Assembly: GCF_009914755.1 (NCBI RefSeq)
Contig: NC_060935.1
DNA from: the human T2T-CHM13v2.0 reference genome, Homo sapiens
DNA: 64,000 nucleotides
Strand: one strand, 5' to 3'
Positions 23,820 through 41,994 of the stretch are shown piece by piece; the first letter of the stretch is position 1; every line of letters starts with the position of its first letter. The position numbers and the translations under genes are program-made. Below the pieces are notes generated by a model. That model worked only from the letters and a program-made list of their open reading frames with translations. It did not search any database and was not told the origin of the DNA.

Positions 23820-26595
23820 TATTGTCGATGATTATATTTTCCAAAGATAGCCACAAAAATATTTTTCATCACTCATGCTCTTCCTACAATGCTACATATA
23901 TCCTATAGATGGGCGACATTTATGTTTTCTCCTTGAAACTGGTTGGTCTGTGACAACTGTGCGGTGCTATTTGACCTCTGAAGGTAGATCAGAAAAGGTG
24001 ACACAGCTTCATCTTTCTTCTCTTGGGACTTTCACTCTTGGAACTCAGTCACTGTGTATGAGAAAGCCTAATCAGCAGTATTCAGTGATCGTTTCTAGGT
24101 GTTTATATATAGGTATGAGGTCCCACCACATGGCCAGCAAAATCCAGATGTGAGTGAGTAAACATTCAGATTCCAGATCTCAGCTACTGAGTCATCCATA
24201 GTCATTGAGTCTTCCATCAGAAGCCCCAGGCGTCATAGACTAGAAACAATCTGTCCCTACTCTACCCTTTCTGAATTTCCCAATTTATCAAAAAATATGT
24301 CTTTTCCCCACTGCTGTGTATTCTAATGAGACCCATCTCACATTTGCTGTACCAACTGATAATACTTGGTTTTATTCCTTTCGTTTTACTCTCTGTTCAG
24401 TATATAAATCCATAGGTATAATAAAATAATGGTTGTTTTTTGTCACTAAGTTTGAGGTCATTTTTTATACAGAAAAAGAGTAACTGAGAGAGATTTGGGT
24501 ACCAGAATGTGGGTGCTTCCATAACAAAAACCTAAGTGGTTATCATTGACTTTGAGACTAGATACCAGGCAAAAGCCAAAAGAGCTTTAAAAAGAGGGTT
24601 CATGAAGACAATAGAGTTTTGAGGAGGCTATCAATGAAGGCCTGAAGGCAAGTAAGTAACCTTTTATTGGTAGCTGGAGGAAGGGGGACCCTTGTTATTT
24701 AGGAGTGGAAAGTTTAACAACACTATCACCTGTGGCAATAGGGAAAATGAGATACACACCGAATGAATTTGATGATCTAGCTGAGGAGGTTTCTAGGAAG
24801 ACTGTTGAAAGTGCCGTTGGGCTTTCTCTCACTGCCTTGAGAAATATGAGGGAAGAGAAATGAGCCTAAAAAAAAAAAAAAACAAGTCTTAATGAGCCAG
24901 GGTTTGCATAGTTCAAAAATGTAACTGTATATCATTTCCAACTTCTCCAAAAATCAAGCAATTCTGAGTTTAAGAAATGGGTTCTAGTTAAAGATCAGAA
25001 TTAGCGTAGAGCTGCGGGATCATTTGTTAAGACTGCAAAATGATGCAAGGTGATATCCTATAGAACCTTTGAGACCGACAGACCCTCTGAATGGGATGCC
25101 TTGAAGATCCTCTCCAGTAGGGTTTCTAAAAATTATGAAGGCATTGTCTGATAGAGGTCTTATGGTATGATAAGGTGGAGAAGAGCTTATCTCAAAAAGT
25201 TTTTTTTAGGTACAGCTTTTGTCTGATGACATGACTTACATATTCACTAAATTCACACACAAGAAATCCACAACTCCCCTTCCCTTCCCTTCCCTTCCCT
25301 TCCCTTCCCTTCCCTTCCCTTCCCTTCCCCTCCCCCTCCCTCTCTGTTCCCCCTCTCCTCCCCCTCCCTTCCCCCTCCCCCTCCCCCTCTCCTTCCCCTC
25401 CCCTCCTCTTCCCCTCCCTTCCCCCTCCCCCTCCCCTTCCCCTCCTCTTCCCTCTTCATCATTTTAGACAGAGAAAGAGAGCACACAAAATGAAAGAAAA
25501 AGGCCTTTGGAACTTCATATTCCAATTTCCAGCAGTCAGGCTGAGGAAACTTCTCAGTTACAAACACAGGTGATGTATTATGTAAAAGGTGTATGATTGA
25601 GAGGTAAAACCAAGAGCCCCAGAAAACATCTTCCAAGTAGTGGTACTGAAGCCTAATAGGAACAAGCAACGTGTGATTTCAGAACTTCTATGGAGTGGTA
25701 ACTCTTGTGTGCTTCCTGTTTTCCCCTTTTTTGAACAGGAGTTTTTGTAACAGTTTAACAGTTATTCTATGCCTGTTTCTCCATTGCATGTTGATACAAG
25801 AATGGCAGACAACATGTCTTTTTAGATCACTGGTTTTCAAATAAAAAACAACAATACTCGAGGAATTATAACTGAGGAACAACACCTGAAGAATCTAATC
25901 CGTATGTGGACCTTATTAAGATGATAAAATCCTGGGCTTTGAGCTAATGCAGTAATGGGATGACTCGAGGGTCTTGGCGAGAGAGGCTGTGTATGTTTTG
26001 CATGTGGGAAATATATTAATTGTGATCAGTGAAGGGATTATGGCAGATTGTCTTTTCAAATGATGACTGCATTAAATCAGATGTGATATTCTTACAGCAT
26101 AACTCTGATGCTCCTTCCATTGAGAGATGTTGCTTCTCCTTGATTCTAGGTTAGCTTGTCATTATGGCTGAAATGAATCTCTCAAGGTAAGGTTATAAAA
26201 AGCAATATAGCTTCTACCTACTTCTCTTGGGACATTTACTTTCAGAACCCAGCTGACATGCTTTGAGAGATCCTAAGTAATCATATGAAGATATTATATA
26301 TAAGTGTTCTGGCAAAACGGGCCAGTGAATGTCCCAGCAGATAGCCAGCGTAAATAATCAGAAATGTGAATGAATGGGTCTTAGATATTTCAGATTCCAA
26401 TTTTCAAGTCACCCCACACTCTGAGTCTTTCCAATTGAGACCCCCATATATTATGAAGTGGGGATTACCCTGTTCTTTTTTTGTCCTTGCTTAATTCCTG
26501 ACCCACAGGATCCATTAACATAACAAAATGACTGTTGTTCTATGCCACTAAGTGTAGGGTGGTTTGCTATCATTGCAAAAATAAAAACTGGAGCA
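23820..26595 (+). mobile_element. MLT1G/H-like MaLR provirus (5' LTR about 23820-24490, internal region, 3' LTR about 26039-26595)
   Basis: Two homologous LTRs share 'cttctcttgggac.tt.act.t..gaac.cag' and 'gagtcttcca..gaagcccca'; internal region starts 'gatttgggtaccagaatgtggg'; TSD aatac/aataa. Confidence 0.78.
25275..25455. repeat. (CCCTT)n and degenerate polypyrimidine tract
   Basis: About ten CCCTT units followed by almost purely C/T sequence. Confidence 0.95.
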
Positions 26596-26987
26596 AATAA
26601 AAACAACTAGAACATCTAAAGTTTTTGGTAAAAGCCAGGATTTCAGTTAACGCTAGGGCTAAGGAAAATTAATATGATCAGAAAATATAGATGAGGACTC
26701 TGGTATGCTGACTATTTTATATATCTTGACCTAGATATGATCCTTAATTTATAATTGTTTATTTTGCTCTAAATATATGTTTTATGCGCTGTTCTCTATT
26801 TTTGTATTTTTCCACTTAAAAATACTAAATAAAAAAGCTGATTTAAATTTAAATAAACAAACTTCAGAATATAATACCAAAACTATTAACTTGGATTGCA
26901 ATATGTTCATATCTATGTTAGTATCTTTGAAATGTTAAATATTGTGTCTGAAAATGCTAGTATATATTGGCTCTTTACATATGAGTA

Positions 26988-33131
<6,144 letters not shown>

Positions 33132-33369
33132 AGTGTCCCAAAAATCATATACCTGTTTTGTTTCTTTATAAACACTCTGATTAAAAATAATTCCCAAATT
33201 TCTATTTTTAATTGCTTTAATATGAAATCGTTTCACAGTCTTTTAAGAGATTTTCCTCATTGATAATTGTATATGTTCTTTATTTGAACCATGAACTTTA
33301 GGCAGAATATGAGTACCATTCTGATAGAAATATGTAAATACCTAGCACTTTCAATTATTAATGACAAAT

Positions 33370-33527
33370 ATTTCTTTTTAACTTTATGTTTTAATTTTTT
33401 TGGTTATATAGTAAGCATGTATATTTATGAGGTATGTGGAATATTTTGATACATGCATACAATATGTAATAATCACATCAGGGGAAATGAGGTATCTATC
33501 TCCTCAAACATTTAGGCTTTGTGTTAC
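33370..33527 (-). mobile_element. L1MA 3' end fragment
   Basis: 'atatttatgaggtatgtggaatattttgatacatgcatacaatatgtaataatcacatcaggggaaatg'. Confidence 0.7.
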
Positions 33528-35510
33528 AATTTTCTAGTGTCATTTTCATCAAACCTTTATGTTTCAAGCAATAATATGTCACTCATTGATATTTTTTGGT
33601 TGAAATAGTCAATTTGGCTTTCTTCTGACTCTTCCACATCACCGATATTCCAGGCTTTTCTGACTTTTGCACACTATCAAAAAAAATTCTAGACTGTGGT
33701 TCATTGTCGATGTACTTTTTTCTCCCGTAGATTTAGAAGATTATTGAAATGCGGAAGTATTAGTCAAAACATAATTGGAGGAAAATGATAAACCAGTCCT
33801 TCCTCTAAAGCACAAAGTGTTTCATAAACAATCCTCAGATTAGCCTTGTGACTGACCATAACTCAGGCCCACTGTACGACAGAACCATGACTGTTTGGCA
33901 GATGCTGCCATGATAGCAATCTAATGCCCCAGTGGTATTCTGTGGCATCCTAAAAGAATCAGTGTAAACCAATGAAATGAATATAATACTTTGTTATTAA
34001 TCTTGCTGTTTAGCACAATTACAATTCTATTAGTTACCAAATGATATGAAATTGTCTTAATTTATAAAGACAACAACAACAACAAAAAGCAGTGTGGCTA
34101 TTTCAGTACTGAACTGTTAAAATGAAGTTCTGAGAACATAAGAACCAAGACAGTATGACTGGAAGCAGGTAGACTTAGATGGCAAATTTAAGAATCTAAG
34201 CAAATAAAGAAGGAAATATATTCTGCGTCAGATGGCAGTGAGTGTCATACAGAAAAATGAAGCAGGGTTGTTGGGAGACGTTGAGGGTGGATTTTCTGTT
34301 TCATGTTGGAGAGTCAGGGAAGACTTTCAGAAATGTCAGTAACATCATTCTGTTATGATAATTTACTGAGCTACAAATTTATAATTTGTGTACTTTTCTG
34401 TGTACTGTTTCAAAAATGTTTTAAAAATTCAATCATCAACAATGTTTCAACTATTCAACAGTTTTACTCATTTAAAAAATTAAAATGTAAAATTCATGAC
34501 TTTGAATTATTTTTGTGGTTTATGCTTATCTTGTGGACTGTTATAGACATTATATAAAGTAATATATGTAGTTTTATTATTTATGACTGAGAAAAGAGGG
34601 ATTACTGAGAACTTTGAAAACTATTAAATCTTCATGCAGATGGTATAATACAATACTAAAGAAAGAGACTAGAGTTTCGCCAAAATTTTGAACATTTTTT
34701 GATGTTTTCATTGGTACTGTCTCCAAATAAAAGTTCCTCTGGACAATGCAATAATTAGGTAAGTCATTTTAATCAATTTAAAATTATATTTTCTCAGTAC
34801 ATTTTATATTTACTTCTAGTCAACTCATAAATATCAGGGTGAATTAAATAGTATGTCTGAGGAATTAGAAATTGTAAATTGGAAGAATATTTATGACAGC
34901 CAAATTGGTATCTCTTGTGTTCTAGCTGCAGAAATGGTTTGTAAATTGTATCAGGTCTTAGATATTTACCTTAATGGAAGTTATAAAATGGAAATCATTA
35001 AATATTTGAAAATTAATTTTTTAGCTAGGTTTGGTTTTTCTAAATGATATATTTGACAGAGATGCCAGTATTCCCTTTCCTTTCATAAAAGACGTATCAC
35101 TAATAAAGCTGATAGATTAATTAGATAAACAGTTCAAGTAATTGAATGTATAAAACAAAACAAAGGATTCATAAAAGAGAAGTGAAACTAGAAATGAAGA
35201 AACATAATATACTCCTTGAAGCAAAACAAAGTAACAGTTCTAAAGGCTTAGATTGAGATTGTCTACAAGTTATATGATAATGCGCTTGTTGTAAGATGAT
35301 AAAGATGAAAGTCAAAATAAAATTTTCCATTCTTTTCAACTTGTTGAGTCCTGAAATTTGGCGCAATGATAAGTGCAAAACATTATGAAATAGCAGTACA
35401 AAAATAGTAATAAAATCAAGATAACAAAATCACATTCTAGTAAATACTTAACAAAATCTAATAAATGATTTTCCTCATTTAGTAAAAAGTAGAGAGATGG
35501 AATATATGTT

Positions 35511-37090
35511 TTTAATTTGTTATTTTAAATTATTATGGACACATAACACGTTGTATGCTTGTATCAAAATATCACATGTACCCCCAAATAAGGTATGCTT
35601 TTATCAAATTGTACCCTATTTTTGGGGTACGTGTGATATTTTGATAAAAGCATACAATGTGTTTTGACCAAATCAGGATAATTGGGATATCCATCACCTC
35701 AAGGATTTATCAGTTCTTTATGTTAGGAACTTTCCAATTCCACTCATTCGTTATTTGAAAGTATAACAATGAGTTAATGTTAACTGTAATCTCCCTATTA
35801 TGCTACCAAATACTAGATCTTATTTCTTCTATCTAACTGCATTTTTTGTACTCTTTAACCATCCCTATTTTCTCGCTTTCTCCCTACAACCCTTTCCAGC
35901 CTCTGGTAAACATCATTTTACTCTCTCTCTGAGTTCAATTTTTTTTTAGCTTCCATTTATTAGCAAGAACGTGCAATATTTGTCTTTCTCTACCTGGCTT
36001 ATTTCACTTAACATTATGTCCTCCAGTTTTATCCATGTTGCGAATGACAGTATTTCATTTTTAATGGCTGAATAATATTCCATTGTCTAACTATGCCACA
36101 TTTTCTTTATCCATTTATCTACTGATGGACACAGGTTGCTTCCATATCTTAGCTATTGTGAATAGTGCTGGAATAAACATGAAAGTGCAGATACCTCTTT
36201 GATATATCATCTTCCTTTCTCTTGAATATATATCAAGGTATGGGATTGCTAAGTGATATGGTAGTTCTATTTTTAGTTTTTTGAGGAGCCCCCATACTGT
36301 TCTTCATACTTACTGTATTAAATTACATTCCTACCAACAGTGTATGAGGGTTCCTCTTTCTCCATATCCTCATCAGCATCTGTTATTGCCTGTCTTTCGG
36401 ATAAAAGCCATTTTAACTGGAGTGAGATGATATCTCATTGTAGTCTCAATTTGCATTTCCCTGATGATTAGTAATGTCAAGCATTTTTCACATATCTGTT
36501 GGCAATTGGTATGTCTTATTTTGAGAAATCACTATTCAGATTTTGCCCTTTGATTAGATTACTTTTTCCTATTAAGTTGTTTGAGCTTCTTATATGTCCT
36601 GGTTATTAATCCCTTGTGAGATGGGTAGTTTGCAAATATTTTCTCCCATTCTGTGAGTTGTCTCTTCACTTCATTGATTGTTTCCTTTGCTGTGCAGAAG
36701 TGTTTTAGCTTGATGTGAATCCCTTCTATCCATTTTTGCTTTTGAAGTTTTACTCGAGAAATCTTTTCCCAGACCAATGTCCTGGAGTGTTTCCCCAATG
36801 TTGTTGTCTTCTAGAAGTTTCAGTTTCAAGAATTAGATGTAAGTCATTAATTCATTTTTTTAATATTGCAAGACATAGGAGTCTAGTTTCATTCTTCTGC
36901 ATATGAATATCCAGTTTTCCTAGCACCATTTATTGAAAAGGCTGTCCTTTCACCAATGTATGTTCTTGGTACCTTTGTTGAAAATGAGTTGACTTTGGAT
37001 GTGTGGATTTATTTTTGGGTTCTCTATTCTGCTCCAATCATCTGTGTGTCTATTTTTCCTGCTTGTGTCACATTGTTTTGGTTACTATAG
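35511..37090 (-). mobile_element. L1MA4/5-like 3' fragment (about 1.6 kb)
   Basis: 3'UTR 'atccatcacctcaaggatttatcag...tgctaccaaatactagatcttatt'; ORF2 piece [30 protein letters not shown]. Confidence 0.85.
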
Positions 37091-37997
37091 TTTGAGACTG
37101 AATATATTAAACTCTCATGTAATACTAAAAGAGTATAAAAACATTTTGAATGTAATTATTGTTTAACAGATACTCAGAGAGGATTCAGCACTATGAACAA
37201 TGTTATCTTTGTTAAGACACTTTTTTTTTAACTTGTTGAGGTTACATCTTTAATGGAAGTATTCATTAAAAATACAAATGTGGTGCTCTCTGTTAAAATC
37301 TGTCAAAATGTGACACAGAAAAAGGCATTTATCTAACAGCTGAATCAATCAAAAAACACCCACCACCAATTTCTAAAATAAACTAATTATTTTGAAATTA
37401 CAAGAACGATCTAATTGATAATTATTCCTACAGCTTGTATCATTTAGTATTTCACTTAGAGAATAAATTTTAATGTTTTAGACTTAGAATTTTCTATATC
37501 TCTACCAGTTATTAAATATTTCTAATACTACACAACTTATCACCTTCTAAGTTAATACATGTTGTCTTTATTTGTTGTATATTATTGTGGTTTTCTGTAA
37601 ATTAGAATATAAGATCCTTAGAGTCAGACACTTTCGTCTGTTGTGTTCTCTGCTTTTTCTGCAGTACTCATAGAAGTAACCAGCACATTACAGATGCTTC
37701 ATTTCATCCTTTCAAGAGAACACATACATTTTTACATATTAATATAACTAACATATGTAGTCACGTACTTAGCTATAAAACATATTTAATTTTTTAAAAG
37801 TAGAAAAAGCATTCTCTGATAGAAAGCTAACATATTGGAAATAAATAATAAAATAACATAAGTACTTGTAACCTTTAGAACATGGTAGAAATAAAAATCA
37901 AATTACTTAATTCCTGTAAAAAGTCAAAATGTGAACACTTCAAACCAAACCCATGGGAGACAGCTAGAGCAATTAACAGAAAAAAATGCATAATTTT

Positions 37998-38304
37998 ATT
38001 TTGTTATTATTATTATTTTTTAAGGCAGGGCCTCTGTCACCCAGGCTGGAGCGCAGCTGCTTGATCACAGCTCAATGCAGCCTGGACCTCAGGGGCTCAA
38101 TCAATCTGCTGCTGAGGCCTCTTGAGTAGCTGGGAATACACGTGCAAGCCACTACACCCAGCTACTTATTTTTTATTTTTTCTTTTGATAGAGATGGGTT
38201 TTGCCATGTTGCCCAGACTGGCCTTGAACTCCTGGGCTGAAGCAGTCCACCTGGCTTGACCTCTCAAAATACTGGGGTTGAGGTATGAGTCACCACACCT
38301 GGCC
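37998..38304 (-). mobile_element. AluJ
   Basis: Diverged dimer with 'ctcctgggctgaagc'; TSD aaaaatgcata(a/c)tttt. Confidence 0.85.
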
Positions 38305-38587
38305 AAAAATGCATACTTTTAATATCTTCATTATTAAAGAACAAAAAGACTAAAATCAAGAAATCTAATATGTATAACGCTAATTTAGAAGATAAAGCAA
38401 TTAAAAATCATCCAAAATATAACTAGCATAATCAATAACTTTTCAAATTAACAGAATTAAAAATAAATATATTAGAAAAATGAATTCTGAAGTTGTCATT
38501 TGAAAAGGCCAGTAAAATATATAATGCTTAAGCGAAACAGTGAGAGAAAAAAAAAACAGTTGAAATTAGGAATGAAAAAAATATATA

Positions 38588-39626
38588 CAGTTGAACCTTG
38601 AACAATGTGGGGGTTAGGGGCACCAAAATTTTGCACACTTGAAAATCTATGTATAAATTTTGACACCCCAAAAACCTTAACTACTAATACCCTACTATTG
38701 ACCGGAAGCCTTACTGATAAGATAAACACTCATTAGCACATATTCTGTATGTTATATGTATTATATACTGTATACTTACAATAAAGTAAGCTAGAGAAAA
38801 TCATAAGGAAGAGAAAATACATTTTTAGTACTGTACTGTATCAGTCAAAATCATAAGTTTATGTCATCTGTTTACAAGATGAACCATCTGTCTGAATTAG
38901 CCGCCAACTGTAGCTGCAGACCTCACTCTACGGTATATAACAAGCAATTCAACTTTCATTGTTTGTCATGACTTTTCTCTGCTTCTCAGGAGTTCTAACT
39001 TCATTAGTGGCACGTTGTTGAGCCCCATGGGTGGTTATTCAACGTTTACAATATTGCAATAAACACAATGAAAAATTTCTGAGAACTGTAGGAGATCAGT
39101 CTTTACTGTGATACATAATTTGCTGGAGAGGCAATATGCTTATGTGATGACTAGTGTCACATGGTATTTTAAGTGAATACTCAGGACACGGGCTCGCTGC
39201 AATAGCAACAAGAGATAACTATGAAATTTTTACAGTGTTACAGTATGTGTTGCAGTTAATTTTATGCAGTTATGATTTAATACTGCATCTTTACATTTGT
39301 TTATGTTTCTCTGAACTACAAATGGTGCCATGTATGGTCTGTGAGTGATCTTGTGTGTGTTTTGATAAATTTTAACTTTTTATGATAGATTTGTGTGTAT
39401 GTAATGGTATTAAATGATAAAATAGACTATTATCTACATATATCATATACATTCATGACATGCGTCACTTGTCCTTAATATTTTCAATATCTCTAGGCTA
39501 CATGTTTCATCTGTAAGTTTTTTCAAATTGTCACAAATCTTTAAAAACCCCTTCAATGTATTTATTTAAAAGTCTGCCTCTAAGTGGACATCACAATTTA
39601 AACCCATGTTGTTCAAGGGTCAACTG
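38588..39626 (-). mobile_element. Tigger2b-like non-autonomous TcMar DNA transposon (complete)
   Basis: TIRs cagttgaaccttgaacaa / ttgttcaagggtcaactg; TA target-site duplication; about 1.04 kb. Confidence 0.88.
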
Positions 39627-39744
39627 TATATCCAGAGATATATTTCCTCATGAAATTGAAGCAAACACATATAAGAATATTATGTGCAACTCTTTGACAA
39701 AAACCTTAAAATCTAGAAGATGCAGAGAGTATCATAACAATTGT

Positions 39745-40807
39745 TATGATGGTTAATTTTACATGTTAACTTGACAGAGTTGCCAGCTGCATTTGGCGGC
39801 CACTTCAGACAATTCATTTTGTAAACAGATGACATGAACTTATGGTGTTGATTAATACAGTACAGTACTAAAAATGTATTTTCTCTTCCTTATGATTTTC
39901 TTAATAACCTTTTTTCTCTAGCATACTTTATTGTTATTATATAGTATATAATACATATAACATACAAATATGAGTTAATCAGTGTTTATGTTATCAGTAA
40001 GGGTTTTGGTCAATAGTAGGGTATTAGTAGTTAAGTTTTTAAACAAATAGCTGATAAAGCATGCTTCTTGGGTTTGTCTGTGAAGATCTTTCCAGAAGAC
40101 ATTAGCATTTGAGTCTAGGCATAGACTGAGTAAAGATCTGCACTCACCAGTGCAGGTGGGCATTATCTAATCTGTTGAGGGCTTGAATAGAACTAAAAGG
40201 TGGAGGAAAGGTGAATTTGCTCTCTTTACTTAAGTTGGGACATGTATCTTCTCCTGCTCTTGGACTTTGGTGATCCTGGTTTCCAGCCATTGGATTTGGA
40301 CGGGAACATTACGATATTGGCTCCCCTAGTCCCCAGGCCTTCCAGTATGGACTGGAGCTACAACAAAGACTTTCCTGGGCCCCAGCTTGCAGAGAGCAGA
40401 TCTCGGACTTCTCAGTCTCAATAATTACTCATATACTTTTAAAGATATTTATATATATAAAGATATATATATCTGTATTTACATATATACATAAACATTT
40501 TTATGTATAAAGACATATGTATCTATATATGTAAGATATATAGTTTCTTATCTATATATCTTACATATATAGACACACATGTCTTTATATTAAAAAACTA
40601 TACAAATACATAAATATATATTATATATTTTACATATATAATATATATTTACTGTTTTCTATCTATAATATATAAATATAAACATATAAATGTATAAAAA
40701 TATCTTGCATATGAAGTTCTTTATATATATATGTAAAAATGTGTGTGTATATATATGTATATTTTCCTATTGGTTTTGTTTTTTTGGATAGTCCCGACTC
40801 AGATACA
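39745..40807 (+). mobile_element. MLT2D-like solo LTR with a Tigger2 piece inserted (39784-40040) and an AT-rich expansion (40430-40760)
   Basis: Start 'tatgatggttaattttacatgttaacttgac'; body 'ttccagaagacattagcatttgag..agactgagtaaagat'; end 'cctattggttttgttttttt ggatagtcccgactcagataca'. Confidence 0.8.
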
Positions 40808-40822
40808 TATTAAAAATTGTCT

Positions 40823-41058
40823 AGCTGGGCGTAGTGGCTCATGTCTGTAATCCCAGCTACTTGGGAGGCTAAGGTGGGAAGATCACTTGAAGTCAGGAGA
40901 TTCAGACCATCCTGGACAACATAGCAAGACCTCATTCTCTTAAAAATAAAAATAAAAAATTATTTGGGCTGTAGTTCCATCTACTCAGGAGGCTGAGGCT
41001 GGAGGATCGCTTGAACCCAGGAGTTCGGAATTTGAGGCTATAGTAAACCGTGATTGCA
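40823..41058 (+). mobile_element. AluJ-type, 3'-truncated with internal deletion
   Basis: Left monomer plus partial right monomer 'ggaggatcgcttgaacccaggagttc'. Confidence 0.8.
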
Positions 41059-41258
41059 AAGGTGAGCTCTTAGAATGGTGTTTGTTCTATCACTAAAGTT
41101 TAGACAAGTAAAATCACAGATGTGAAATTTGGGCCACAGCCATCTAATGCCATCCAAGGGAGTAGAAGTCTTACGCCAAGACAGGACCTCCTCTATTATG
41201 AGGCGCCTATAACAGGTTTGCATATAGTATCATGCAGTTACACTTCTGATTCTATGTA

Positions 41259-41582
41259 CAGTCATCCCTTAGTATCATGGAGGAATGGTTCCAGGAACCC
41301 TCATGGATACCAAAATCCACAGATGTTCAAGTCCCTTATAAACAATGGTATAGTGTTTGCATATAAACTATCCGTATCTTCCTATGTACTTTAAATCATC
41401 TCTGGATGATTTCTAATACCTAATACAATGTAAATGCTATGCAAATAGTTGTTATACAGTATTTTTAAAAGTTGTATTATTTTTATTGTTGTATTATTAT
41501 TTTTGTTGTTTTTTTTTTCCCCAAACAACTGCAGTTGGTTGCATCTGTGGCTACGGAACCCTTAGATTTAGAGGACCAACTG
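41259..41582 (+). mobile_element. MER2 (TcMar-Tigger MITE)
   Basis: TA|cagtcatccct...gaggaccaactg|TA; 'ataccaaaatccacagatgttcaagtcccttata'. Confidence 0.85.
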
Positions 41583-41994
41583 TAATTCCTCACATCTTTA
41601 ATTCCATATTTTAAATAACACAGTCTACATTTTCTTCTCATGAAAGTTTGTCAGAAGAGAGAAAAAGTGATGGAATTTCTATTTTAAGTATTAAATTCTC
41701 GGATTATTGTATCTTGTTACAGATTAGAACATTGAAAGTTTGTTTTTTTCCCATTTTATTCAGTTGTATATATTAGAGTCTACCACTGAGAAATGGACCT
41801 GCCCTCCTTGTGCTGAGCCTGCAAAGCTGAGGTCCAGACTGTGATGAACGATAAGTTAAACACATCGACGTGATAAGGAAACTGTGACGGGATTTCTTGG
41901 CACTTAGGGCCACTCTCTTTGCCGCAACTGCCAAAGACCAATCTAAACTTGTACCTGCATGTGTTAGCAAAACTGGTCAGCAGACTTTAAAATA

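Noticed and set aside
25219-25669. Pro-rich and Gly/Arg/Glu-rich ORFs
   Set aside because: Translation artefacts of the (CCCTT)n tract.
41839-41960. C/D-box snoRNA (GTGATGA near 41840)
   Set aside because: No CTGA D box at a suitable distance and no terminal stem.
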